From the NCBI GenBank assembly GCA_045590835.1, contig JAZNRW010000035.1, positions 1 to 58,773 of the forward strand: a stretch of 58,773 nucleotides of DNA. The letters run 5' to 3'. A model generated the notes under the pieces. That model ran no database searches. It had not been told where the DNA came from and saw only the letters and a program-made list of their open reading frames with translations. Positions 48,009 to 56,853 of the stretch are shown one piece after another. This stretch comes from Faecousia sp. Its GTDB lineage: Bacteria; Bacillota; Clostridia; Oscillospirales; Oscillospiraceae. Position 1 is the first letter of the stretch. Each line of letters opens with the position of its first letter. The position numbers were made by a program, and so were the translations under genes.

Positions 48009-51000
48009 TTATGCATCGATGGTAGAAATGGTTAGAGTGGTCTCCTCCAGAACATCCAGCAGCACCCGGACAGTATCCAGAGCAGTGAACAAAGACACAT
48101 TGTGCTCGGTGGCGATTTGGCGGATCTGCACGCCGTCATTTCCCTCACTACCGGGATCCTTGGTATTGATCACATAGGCGATGTGTCCCTGCCGCAGGGC
48201 GTTGGGAATTTCGTCGCTGCCGTCACCGATCTTGCTCAGCGCATGGGTACGGATACCGTTTGCCTTTAAGAACTGGGCAGTGCCGTGTGTGGCCTCAATG
48301 TTAAAGCCGAGCTGGTAGAAACGGCGGATCAGCGGCAGAGCCTCTGCCTTGTCCTTATCAGCAATGGTCGCCAGCACAGTACCGTAGTTCTGCAGCCGCA
48401 TGCCGGATGCCTGCAGAGCCTTATACAGAGCGCGGTTCATAGTACTGTCGTAGCCGATGGCCTCGCCGGTGGACTTCATCTCCGGAGACAGGTAGGCGTC
48501 AAGACCCCGAATCTTATTGAAGGAGAAGACAGGTGCTTTTACATACCAGCGCTTCTTTTCCTCAGGGTAGATGTCGAACAGACCCTGTTCTTTCAAGGTC
48601 TTGCCCAAAATCACTTCCGTGGCAATATCCGCCAAGGAGTAACCGGTTGCCTTGCTAAGGAAGGGTACGGTACGGGAGGAACGGGGGTTGACCTCGATGA
48701 TGAACACATTGTCATCTTTGTCTACAATGAACTGAATGTTGAACAGGCCAACAATGCCAATACCCAAGCCCAATTTCTTTGCGTACTGCAGAATAATGCC
48801 CTTGACCTTATCGGAGATAGAGAAGGTGGGGTACACACTGACAGAGTCGCCGGAGTGAACGCCGGTGCGCTCTACCAGCTCCATAATGCCGGGAACGAAT
48901 ACATTATAGCCGTCACAGATGGCATCGATTTCTACCTCACGGCCCTCAATATACTTGTCCACCAGAACCGGCTTGTCCTCGTCGATTTCCACGGCGGTCT
49001 TCAGATAGTGCCGCAGCTGATCCTCATTGGCGACGATCTGCATAGCGCGGCCGCCCAGCACAAAGGAGGGTCGCACCAAGACAGGATAGCCGATCCGGGC
49101 AGCGGCTGCAATGCCGTCCTCAATCTTGGTGACGGCCTTACCGGTGGGCTGGGGAATCTGCAGCTCAGACAGAAGCTTTTCAAAGGCATCCCGGTTTTCC
49201 GCCTTATCAATGGCTGCGCAATCGGTACCGATGATCTTTACACCCCGGTCAAACAGGGGCTGGGCAAGGTTAATGGCTGTCTGGCCACCCAGGGAGGCGA
49301 TTACACCGTCGGGCTTTTCAAACTCGATGATGTTCATCACATCTTCGGTGGTCAGCGGCTCGAAATACAGCTTGTCAGCGGTGGTGTAATCAGTAGAAAC
49401 CGTTTCGGGGTTATTGTTGATGATAATTGCCTCGTAGCCTGCCTTTTTAATGGTCATAACCGCGTGGACAGTGGAATAGTCAAATTCCACGCCTTGACCG
49501 ATGCGGATAGGGCCTGCGCCCAGAACCACAATTTTCTTCTTATTGGTGAGAATGGAAGTATTTTCACCGGTATAGGAGGAGTAGAAATAAGGAATATAAG
49601 CGCCGGTATGGCAGGTATCTACCATGCGGTATACGGGGAAGAAATTATTTTCCTTCCGGAGGTTATAAACCTCCACTTCCTTTACACCCCACAGCCTTGC
49701 GATAAACTGATCACCAAAGCCCATCTTCTTGGCTTTCTTCAGGGTCTCCAGATCGCCGGGGTGCGCCTTTACAACTGCTTCCATCTCCACGATCCGCCGG
49801 ATTGCCTCCAGGAAGAAGGCGGTGATCTTCGTGATCTGGTGGAGCTTCTCCACGGTGATGCCCCGGCGCAACAGCTCAGCCACCGCGAAAATATTATCAT
49901 CCTGGAATGTTTCCAGATAGGAGAGCATATCCTCGGTAGCCATATAATCAAACTTTGCCATATGGAAGTGGCAAACGCCGATTTCCAGAGACCGTACACC
50001 CTTCAGCAAGCACTCTTCCAGAGAAGAGCCGATGCCCATGATCTCGCCGGTAGCCTTCATCTGGGTGCCCAAGGTGTTGGCGGCGGTGGCGAACTTATCA
50101 AAGGGGAATCTGGGCAGCTTGGCGATGGTATAGTCCAATCTGGGCTCAAAAGCGGCGTTGGTGTTGGCAATGGCGATCTCCTCCAAGTGCATACCCACTG
50201 CAATCTTGGCGGTGACACGGGCGATGGGATAGCCGGAGGCCTTGGAGGCCAAGGCGGAGGAGCGGGACACTCTGGGGTTCACCTCGATCAGGTAGTACTC
50301 AGAGGTGTTGGGGTTCAGGGCAAACTGTACATTACAGCCACCCTCGATCTTCAACTCACGGATCAGCTTGATTGCTGAGTCGTTGAGCATTTTCTCGTCT
50401 TCTTTTGACAGTGTCATAATGGGAGCAACCACCAGCGAGTCACCGGTGTGGACACCCACAGGGTCAATGTTTTCCATGCCACAGATGGTAATGGCGTGGT
50501 CGTTGGAGTCACGCATGACCTCGAATTCAATTTCCTTATAGCCCTTGACGGACTTTTCGATCAGCACCTGATGCACGGGAGAGAGCTTGAAGGCATTCAG
50601 GCCGATCTCCACCAGTTCCTCTTCAGAGTAGGCAAATCCGCCACCGGTGCCACCCAAAGTGAAGGCCGGACGCAGCACAACAGGATAGCCGATCCGCTGG
50701 GCAGCAGCCTTGGCTTCTTCCAGAGAGTATGTGATCTCAGAGGGAATTACAGGCTCTCCGATAGACTGGCACAGTTCCTTGAACAGTTCCCGGTCCTCTG
50801 CCCGCTCAATGGACGCGCTGGAAGTACCCAACAGCTCCACACGGCACTCCCGGAGGATGCCCTTCTTCTCCAGCTGCATGGCCAGGTTCAGGCCCGTCTG
50901 GCCGCCAATGCCGGGCACAATGGCATCCGGGCGCTCGTAACGGATGATCTTGGCAATATACTCCAGGGTCAGCGGCTCCATGTAAACCTTGTCAGCGATC

Positions 51001-51176
51001 ACCGTATCGGTCATAATGGTAGCGGGGTTGGAGTTGCACAGGACAACTTCATAGCCCTCTTCCTTCAAAGCAAGGCAGGCCTGTGTGCCCGCATAGTCAA
51101 ACTCCGCAGCCTGTCCAATCACAATGGGGCCGGAGCCGATAATCAAAATCTTTTTAATATCCGTTCTCTTTGCCAT
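48009..51176 (-). CDS. carB: Carbamoyl-phosphate synthase large subunit
   Basis: GSGPIVIGQAAEFDY, two ATP-grasp halves (RPAFTLGG, RPSFVLGG, IEVNPR twice), MGS-like tail; start ATG 51176. Confidence 0.97.
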   Translation of the reverse strand: MAKRTDIKKILIIGSGPIVIGQAAEFDYAGTQACLALKEEGYEVVLCNSNPATIMTDTVIADKVYMEPLTLEYIAKIIRYERPDAIVPGIGGQTGLNLAMQLEKKGILRECRVELLGTSSASIERAEDRELFKELCQSIGEPVIPSEITYSLEEAKAAAQRIGYPVVLRPAFTLGGTGGGFAYSEEELVEIGLNAFKLSPVHQVLIEKSVKGYKEIEFEVMRDSNDHAITICGMENIDPVGVHTGDSLVVAPIMTLSKEDEKMLNDSAIKLIRELKIEGGCNVQFALNPNTSEYYLIEVNPRVSRSSALASKASGYPIARVTAKIAVGMHLEEIAIANTNAAFEPRLDYTIAKLPRFPFDKFATAANTLGTQMKATGEIMGIGSSLEECLLKGVRSLEIGVCHFHMAKFDYMATEDMLSYLETFQDDNIFAVAELLRRGITVEKLHQITKITAFFLEAIRRIVEMEAVVKAHPGDLETLKKAKKMGFGDQFIARLWGVKEVEVYNLRKENNFFPVYRMVDTCHTGAYIPYFYSSYTGENTSILTNKKKIVVLGAGPIRIGQGVEFDYSTVHAVMTIKKAGYEAIIINNNPETVSTDYTTADKLYFEPLTTEDVMNIIEFEKPDGVIASLGGQTAINLAQPLFDRGVKIIGTDCAAIDKAENRDAFEKLLSELQIPQPTGKAVTKIEDGIAAAARIGYPVLVRPSFVLGGRAMQIVANEDQLRHYLKTAVEIDEDKPVLVDKYIEGREVEIDAICDGYNVFVPGIMELVERTGVHSGDSVSVYPTFSISDKVKGIILQYAKKLGLGIGIVGLFNIQFIVDKDDNVFIIEVNPRSSRTVPFLSKATGYSLADIATEVILGKTLKEQGLFDIYPEEKKRWYVKAPVFSFNKIRGLDAYLSPEMKSTGEAIGYDSTMNRALYKALQASGMRLQNYGTVLATIADKDKAEALPLIRRFYQLGFNIEATHGTAQFLKANGIRTHALSKIGDGSDEIPNALRQGHIAYVINTKDPGSEGNDGVQIRQIATEHNVSLFTALDTVRVLLDVLEETTLTISTIDA

Positions 51177-51193
51177 ACTTCGTTCCTCCAAAA

Positions 51194-52402
51194 TCACTTC
51201 TTATATACAGGCTTTCCGTCGCAGACGGTCAGCACACATTCACCCTTTAACTTCCAGCCGGTAAATGGGCTGGCTTTTCCCATAGACAAAAATTCCTCCG
51301 GGTCTACCACAAATTCCCTGCTGAGATTCCATACCGTGTAGTCATCGCCTGCTGGGATGCCAAACCGCTTCCGGGGATTTACGCTCAGCAGATCAATGAG
51401 TTTTTCCAAAGACAGAATTCCAGGCAGAACCAGATGGGTGTACAGCACCGGGAAGGCAGTTTCAATGCCTACAACGCCGAACGCGCTGCCGGATAGTCCC
51501 CTGTCCTTTTCTTCTGCGCTGTGGGGCGCGTGGTCTGTGGCGATCATATCGATGGTTCCGTCCAGAATACCGGCAACCAGCGCCTCACGATCCGTCTTAT
51601 CCCGCAGGGGCGGGTTCATTTTGAATCTGCCGTCTTCCTGCAAGTAACTGTCGTCCATTACCAGGTAATGCGGTCCGGTCTCGCAGGTCACATCCAGACC
51701 CTTTGCCTTGGCCTGCCGGATCAGTTCCACCGTCTCCTTGGTAGAGATGTGGCATACATGATAGCTACAGCCGGTTTCCTCCACAAGACGCAGGTCTCTT
51801 GCTACCTGCTCATACTCGCTGGCGCTGCAAATACCCTTGTGTCCGTGCTTTGCCGCATAGCGTCCATCGTGAATGTAGCCGCCGTGAAGGAGGCTGTTCA
51901 CTTCGCAATGGGCTACGATCATCTTCCCCAGCGCCTTTGCCCGGAGCATTGCCTGATGCATCATCTCATCACTTTGCACGCCGCGGCCGTCATCGGAGAA
52001 GGCGATCACATTCTCCGCCATACCCTCCAGATCCGCCAGTTCCTCGCCCTTTTGTCCCACGGTAATGGCACCGTAGGGATATACATGGATGCAGGTGCCT
52101 GCTTCAATCAGTTCCAATTGTTTGGCAAGATGCTCCTTAGAATCCGGTACGGGATTTAAGTTAGGCATTGTGCACACCGCAGTGTAGCCGCCTCTTGCCG
52201 CAGCCTGAGAGCCGCTTACCATGGTCTCTTTATAAGAAAATCCCGGCTCACGGAAATGCACATGCACATCACAAAAGCCGGGAAATACAACATATTGGGC
52301 ACTGCTGTCAAAAGACAATTCGTTTACCAAAGGAGAATCGGGGGCAATAACACTGTCCATGCAAAAGCCAATACCCTTTAACTTCATGCACGCATTCATC
52401 AT
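51194..52402 (-). CDS. pyrC: Dihydroorotase
   Basis: DVHVHFREPG, MPN, FSDDG, HVCHIST, KMNPPLR, ATDHAPH. Confidence 0.95.
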   Translation of the reverse strand: MMNACMKLKGIGFCMDSVIAPDSPLVNELSFDSSAQYVVFPGFCDVHVHFREPGFSYKETMVSGSQAAARGGYTAVCTMPNLNPVPDSKEHLAKQLELIEAGTCIHVYPYGAITVGQKGEELADLEGMAENVIAFSDDGRGVQSDEMMHQAMLRAKALGKMIVAHCEVNSLLHGGYIHDGRYAAKHGHKGICSASEYEQVARDLRLVEETGCSYHVCHISTKETVELIRQAKAKGLDVTCETGPHYLVMDDSYLQEDGRFKMNPPLRDKTDREALVAGILDGTIDMIATDHAPHSAEEKDRGLSGSAFGVVGIETAFPVLYTHLVLPGILSLEKLIDLLSVNPRKRFGIPAGDDYTVWNLSREFVVDPEEFLSMGKASPFTGWKLKGECVLTVCDGKPVYKK

Positions 52403-52434
52403 AGTGTTCTCCTCCTATCAGATTTATCTTAAAA

Positions 52435-52463
52435 ATTGTATCACAGCCTCCCAGCGTTGTCAA
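52435..52463 (-). promoter_or_regulatory. SigA promoter of the pyr operon
   Basis: TTGACA-17bp-TACAAT with extended TG. Confidence 0.75.
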
Positions 52464-52497
52464 ATAGTTGCTCCCAAAAATCTACACAAACTTCCAG

Positions 52498-53445
52498 TCA
52501 TTGTGAAAGCTCTTCTGTGTCCAAATCCACAAAAGAATACTTCCGCACCCAAGTTCCCTCTTTGCTTACCACTGTGCTGCGATGCCGGCTCAGCAGACGC
52601 ACAATGGGATATACATCGATCCAGATCTCGGAATTGCATTCTTTTTGGCTTTCATCAAACACCAGCTGCATACCAAAATGCAGGTGTACCGTCTCGATAT
52701 TGTTCACATTCTCCCGATCGGAGTAACCGGTGCGACCCATAAAGCCGATCACATCCCCCGGTTGCACAAGGTCTCCCACTGCAAGATCCTTGGCAAAGGG
52801 GTGATCCTTTTGCAGGTGTGCATAATAGTAATACCGCCGGGAATCAAAGGAACGGATGCCGATTCGCCAGCCCCCATACCGATTCCATCCCAACGCCTCC
52901 ACTACGCCACCTTCCACCGCAACGATGGGAGTCCCAAGACCGCCCATCATATCGTTTCCCAGATGCTTTCTGGCAAAGCCAAAGGATCGCTGATTGCCAA
53001 AGTCGGAACAATGGCTGTAACCGTAGCCTGCGGCGATGGGACTGTATGCCTTTAAACCATAGGTTGGTTTTTGCTCTCCGTCAATTTCAATTGCGTAGTT
53101 ACCCAATAGTCCACCCAGCACCGCATCATATGCCGTGCGGTAATACGCATAATACTTGTAAAGGTCTCCCAGAAGTTCCTGGGGTGTTTTATCGTTTTTT
53201 AAGTCCTGTACGGCCTTTTTCACAGAAGAAAGGCCGCATTTACCGCCGGTCCTGCAGCCTGCCAGTGAAAAAACATCAATCCAGCTGATATGCTTTTCCT
53301 GCTCCGCAGACGCAATGTCCACCTGCATGGCATACTCCAGCGATTCATAGGGAATCTGAAAGTCTACCCACCGAATGGGCTCGGCGTTTGCAGGCATCAC
53401 AGGCAAAAGCATGACCGCCAAAGCAAAAAGAATCCACCGTTTCAC
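52498..53445 (-). CDS. Secreted M23 family metallopeptidase
   Basis: Signal peptide, HLGND (HxxxD), GWNRYGG, YYAHL, HLHF. Confidence 0.9.
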   Translation of the reverse strand: MKRWILFALAVMLLPVMPANAEPIRWVDFQIPYESLEYAMQVDIASAEQEKHISWIDVFSLAGCRTGGKCGLSSVKKAVQDLKNDKTPQELLGDLYKYYAYYRTAYDAVLGGLLGNYAIEIDGEQKPTYGLKAYSPIAAGYGYSHCSDFGNQRSFGFARKHLGNDMMGGLGTPIVAVEGGVVEALGWNRYGGWRIGIRSFDSRRYYYYAHLQKDHPFAKDLAVGDLVQPGDVIGFMGRTGYSDRENVNNIETVHLHFGMQLVFDESQKECNSEIWIDVYPIVRLLSRHRSTVVSKEGTWVRKYSFVDLDTEELSQ

Positions 53446-53498
53446 ATTACCACCTCTTAGGGTAGCTTGTGAAACGGTGGAAAAAAGATACCTTACAA

Positions 53499-54473
53499 TT
53501 ATTGCAAATCTCTGCGGATACCCTCGGCGATCCGGTACACATCTGCCATAGTTTGAATAGCGGAAATCTGCTCTTTGTAGTAGTTGGCGTAAGCAACGCC
53601 CCGCAGATACCAGGCAAAATGTTTCCTTGCCTCCAGGCAGGCGATCTTCTCACCCTTATCCTCCAGAGCCATTTCAATTTGACGAATCGCTACATCTATC
53701 CGCTTGGCAAGTATCGGACGCTCATAGGGTGGCTCATTCAGAAGCGCTGCTTTCACATCCGAAAAGACCCATGGATTTCCAAAGGTGGCTCTGCCGATCA
53801 TTACCCCGTCTGCTTTGGTCCAGTTGCGGCATTTTACCGCTGTTGCACCGTCCACAATATCGCCGTTGGCGATCACGGGGACAGATAGCTGTTCCTTTAC
53901 TTTGGCAATCACATCCCAATCGGCAACGCCAGAGTACAGCATGCTGCGAGTGCGTCCGTGCACTGTAATCATGGCTGCTCCGCAGTCCTCCATACGCTTG
54001 GTAAAGTCCAGTACATTGATACTGCCCTTATCCCAGCCCAAACGGCATTTCACCGTCACCGGTACATCTACAGCAGCTGTCACCGCTTTCACAATCTCTC
54101 CTGCCAGTTCCGGGGTGCGCATCAAACCGCAGCCGTCACCGGAATTGGCGATTTTCGGCATGGGACAGCCCATATTGATATCCAAAAAATCGCAACCGGA
54201 GATCTCCTGCGCCAATCTGGCTCCTTGGGCCATAATTTCCGGATCGTTGCCGAAAATCTGTGCACCGCACAGGCTCCCCACATTCTTCTTCAAAAGAGCG
54301 GCACTCTTTTTATCCTTATACACCAATGCCCGGGAGGACACCATCTCTGTGACAGTTACATTCGCCCCTAATTCAGCACAGACCGTCCGGAATGCCCAAT
54401 CGGTCACACCGGCCATAGGCCCCAACACAATGGGAGTATTCACTTCCATAGATCCGATTTTCACAACGCTCAC
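53499..54473 (-). CDS. dusB: tRNA dihydrouridine synthase
   Basis: PMAGVTD, TEMVS, QIFG, DINMGCP, VHGRT, IANGDI, MIGRA. Confidence 0.93.
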   Translation of the reverse strand: MSVVKIGSMEVNTPIVLGPMAGVTDWAFRTVCAELGANVTVTEMVSSRALVYKDKKSAALLKKNVGSLCGAQIFGNDPEIMAQGARLAQEISGCDFLDINMGCPMPKIANSGDGCGLMRTPELAGEIVKAVTAAVDVPVTVKCRLGWDKGSINVLDFTKRMEDCGAAMITVHGRTRSMLYSGVADWDVIAKVKEQLSVPVIANGDIVDGATAVKCRNWTKADGVMIGRATFGNPWVFSDVKAALLNEPPYERPILAKRIDVAIRQIEMALEDKGEKIACLEARKHFAWYLRGVAYANYYKEQISAIQTMADVYRIAEGIRRDLQ

Positions 54474-54520
54474 CTCCCGCTTACCGGGAGATTATACCAT
54501 ATTACAGGTTCTTTGGCAAG

Positions 54521-54772
54521 TTATAACACAGCGCTCAGCAGCCAAATCAGTCCTGTCAGTAACGCCCCGACACCAGCCCACACCGGGCCTGAAAGCCGTT
54601 TTCTCTTTGGCCGGGCACCTTGCAAAAGGCTGCCAGCCTCCTTCAAAAGCTGCTCATCTGTAATGCCCTCTTTCCCCACAGCCTGATCCTTCAAAATGAA
54701 AATCGCCTGGTCGAAGAGCTTCTGATCCTTGGAATGAACCACAATCACCTGCCGGGATATTCCTTTTACCAA
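54521..54772 (-). CDS. Small conserved clostridial protein with a C-terminal TM
   Basis: MVKGISRQVIVV..LFDQAIFILK, RBS aggagg, TTG start. Confidence 0.75.
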   Translation of the reverse strand: MVKGISRQVIVVHSKDQKLFDQAIFILKDQAVGKEGITDEQLLKEAGSLLQGARPKRKRLSGPVWAGVGALLTGLIWLLSAVL

Positions 54773-54831
54773 CGCAATCCCTCCTTCTATAGGAAAGTAT
54801 TCCCACAGGGATTGCTTTCATACTCTGATGA

Positions 54832-55572
54832 TTATTCCTGTTCCTTAGGGCGCTTGTAGCGACCCTGCGGTCCCCATTCCGGCAGAGGCAATCTCTGCAT
54901 AGCGCCAAAAATTCGTTCTTTCAGATCCGGATAGGTGGCGCTCAGGTCATACACCAATTGCTTGATCTCCTCCCGTTTGGTATGCTTGTCCACAGGACAC
55001 CGGTTGTGAAGCACCGGCAGCTCCCAACGGGACACAAAGGTATCGATAGTTCTCTCGTGGATATAGAGCATAGGACGAATCTGAATGATGCCGGTTCTGT
55101 CTAAATCCGTCACCGGCTGGAAGCAGCTGATCCGTCCCTCATAGATCAGACTCATCATAAAGGTTTCCACCGCATCGTCATAATGATGTCCCAGCGCCAA
55201 CTTATTAAGCCCCAGGTCAAGCAACGCTTGGTTCAGCGCGCCCCGTCTCATTTTAGAGCACATGGAACAAGGATTCTTCTCCTTGCGGTGATCAAAGATG
55301 ATCGGCCCAATCTCCGTCTTTACCAAATGGAACGGCACTTCCAGCTCTTTGCACAGCTGTTCAATGCCGGAAAAATCCATTCCCAGACCCATATCGATGG
55401 TTATAGCCTCGATCGTAAAAGGATTGTGGTTATATTTACGCAGCTCTGCCAGAAAGACAAGCAGCGCCAGTGAATCTTTTCCGCCGGACACGCCCACTCC
55501 GATCCGGTCTCCGGCCTGAATCATATTGTAGTCTTCCACGCATCTGCGCACAAGGCCAATCAGCTTTTGCAT
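54832..55572 (-). CDS. ttcA: tRNA 2-thiocytidine biosynthesis TtcA family protein
   Basis: PP-loop SGGKDS, CSMC..RRG, LGHHYDD, IRPM, CP. Confidence 0.88.
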   Translation of the reverse strand: MQKLIGLVRRCVEDYNMIQAGDRIGVGVSGGKDSLALLVFLAELRKYNHNPFTIEAITIDMGLGMDFSGIEQLCKELEVPFHLVKTEIGPIIFDHRKEKNPCSMCSKMRRGALNQALLDLGLNKLALGHHYDDAVETFMMSLIYEGRISCFQPVTDLDRTGIIQIRPMLYIHERTIDTFVSRWELPVLHNRCPVDKHTKREEIKQLVYDLSATYPDLKERIFGAMQRLPLPEWGPQGRYKRPKEQE

Positions 55573-55689
55573 GTTGCTTTTTCCTCCGATTCTATTAAAA
55601 TTAGGAAGTTAGAAAACAAGAGCAAATACGAGCATTTGAGAGCATTTCGTATTTTATGTGGTATTATATAAAAATTATTAAAAAAACAG

Positions 55690-55718
55690 TTGACAATTGA
55701 TCCTTGATATGGTATAAA
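55690..55718 (+). promoter_or_regulatory. SigA promoter of rplM-rpsI
   Basis: TTGACA-17bp-TATAAA with extended TG and an A-rich upstream element. Confidence 0.8.
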
Positions 55719-55795
55719 AATCAAGCGTTTTGCAGGTATTTTACTGCATATACATGAATTTGTCAAAATAATTTAACCTATTGGAGGAACGCATA

Positions 55796-56227
55796 ATGTC
55801 CACTACTTTAGCTAAACTGGAGACCGTTGAGCGCAAGTGGTATGTGATCGATGCAGCCGGCAAGCCTCTGGGCCGTACCGCTGTCATCGCTGCTAACCTG
55901 CTGCGTGGCAAGCACAAGGTCAATTTCACTCCCAACGTTGATTGCGGCGACTATGTCATCGTTATCAACACCGACAAGGCTGTTCTGACCGGCAAGAAGC
56001 TGGACCAGAAGTCCTACTACCGCGTATCCGGCTGGATCGGCGGTCTGAAGGAAACCAAAGCTCGCGTGATGATGGACAACCGCTCCGACTACGCAATGGA
56101 GTTGGCTGTCAAGGGCATGCTGCCCAAGAACACCCTGGGCCGTAACTGCATGGGCCGTCTGCATCTGTGCAAGGGCGCTGAGCATGCTCACGCTGCTCAG
56201 AAGCCGGAAGCATGGACCCTGGACTAA
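55796..56227 (+). CDS. rplM: 50S ribosomal protein L13
   Basis: WYVIDA, LRGKHK, TPNVDCGD, AVKGMLPKN, HAAQKP. Confidence 0.98.
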   Translation: MSTTLAKLETVERKWYVIDAAGKPLGRTAVIAANLLRGKHKVNFTPNVDCGDYVIVINTDKAVLTGKKLDQKSYYRVSGWIGGLKETKARVMMDNRSDYAMELAVKGMLPKNTLGRNCMGRLHLCKGAEHAHAAQKPEAWTLD

Positions 56228-56243
56228 TTGGAGGTAACTGATT

Positions 56244-56648
56244 ATGTACGAGAGCAAGAAGAAGTATAACTACGGCACCGGCCGTCGTAAGTCCTCCGTT
56301 GCCCGTGTTCGTGTTTACGAGAACGGCACCGGTTCCATCATCATCAATGGCCGCGACATCGACGATTACTTTGGTCTGGACACCCTGAAGCTGGTTGTCC
56401 GTCAGCCCCTGGTCACCACCGATCTGGTTGGCAAGGTTGACGTTGTCGTTACTGTTGCAGGCGGCGGCGTGTCCGGCCAGGCCGGCGCTATCCGTCACGG
56501 CATTTCCCGTGCTCTGGTGACTCTGAATCCCGAGTACCGCCCCACTCTGAAGGCTGCCGGTTTCATGACCCGCGACCCTAGAATGAAGGAAAGAAAGAAG
56601 TACGGTCTGAAGGCTGCCCGTCGCGCACCTCAGTTCTCCAAGAGATAA
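56244..56648 (+). CDS. rpsI: 30S ribosomal protein S9
   Basis: [45 protein letters not shown]. Confidence 0.98.
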   Translation: MYESKKKYNYGTGRRKSSVARVRVYENGTGSIIINGRDIDDYFGLDTLKLVVRQPLVTTDLVGKVDVVVTVAGGGVSGQAGAIRHGISRALVTLNPEYRPTLKAAGFMTRDPRMKERKKYGLKAARRAPQFSKR

Positions 56649-56786
56649 TTATCTTACGGTTTACTTCTACAGCAGGTTTCCAAAAGGAAGCCTGCTGTTT
56701 TTCTTAACTCACACAAATTCCACCTGCCACTTTTTTCCGCTATGCTCGAAAAAGTTGGGGTGTCATTTGAGTTCTCCAAGAGATAA
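56632..56786 (+). repeat. 17-bp direct repeat of the rpsI 3' end (56632-56648 and 56770-56786)
   Basis: agttctccaagagataa occurs twice, 138 bp apart. Confidence 0.9.
56668..56703 (+). terminator. rpsI terminator
   Basis: acagcaggtttcc-aaaa-ggaagcctgctgt-tttt. Confidence 0.88.
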
Positions 56787-56853
56787 ATTACTTCTCCTAC
56801 GAACATTCAAAAACAAAGAAACCGCCACGGTTTCTGGGTTTTCTATTTGCTAT

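Noticed and set aside
48285-50378. 697-aa plus-strand ORF, and similar long antisense ORFs at 44822-46585, 31003-32412, 35609-36919, 39540-40796 and 23714-24829
   Set aside because: They lie antisense to well-conserved genes, have no recognisable motifs or RBS, and are expected shadows of biased codon usage
54773-54831. Possible sporulation sigma-factor promoter (gtatg..gggaatact) upstream of the 83-aa gene, and a similar weak SigE-like site before spoIID
   Set aside because: The matches are too degenerate to support by eye
55719-55795. Possible L13 leader autoregulatory RNA
   Set aside because: Only a short tgcag/ctgca hairpin is visible, which is not enough without a covariance-model search
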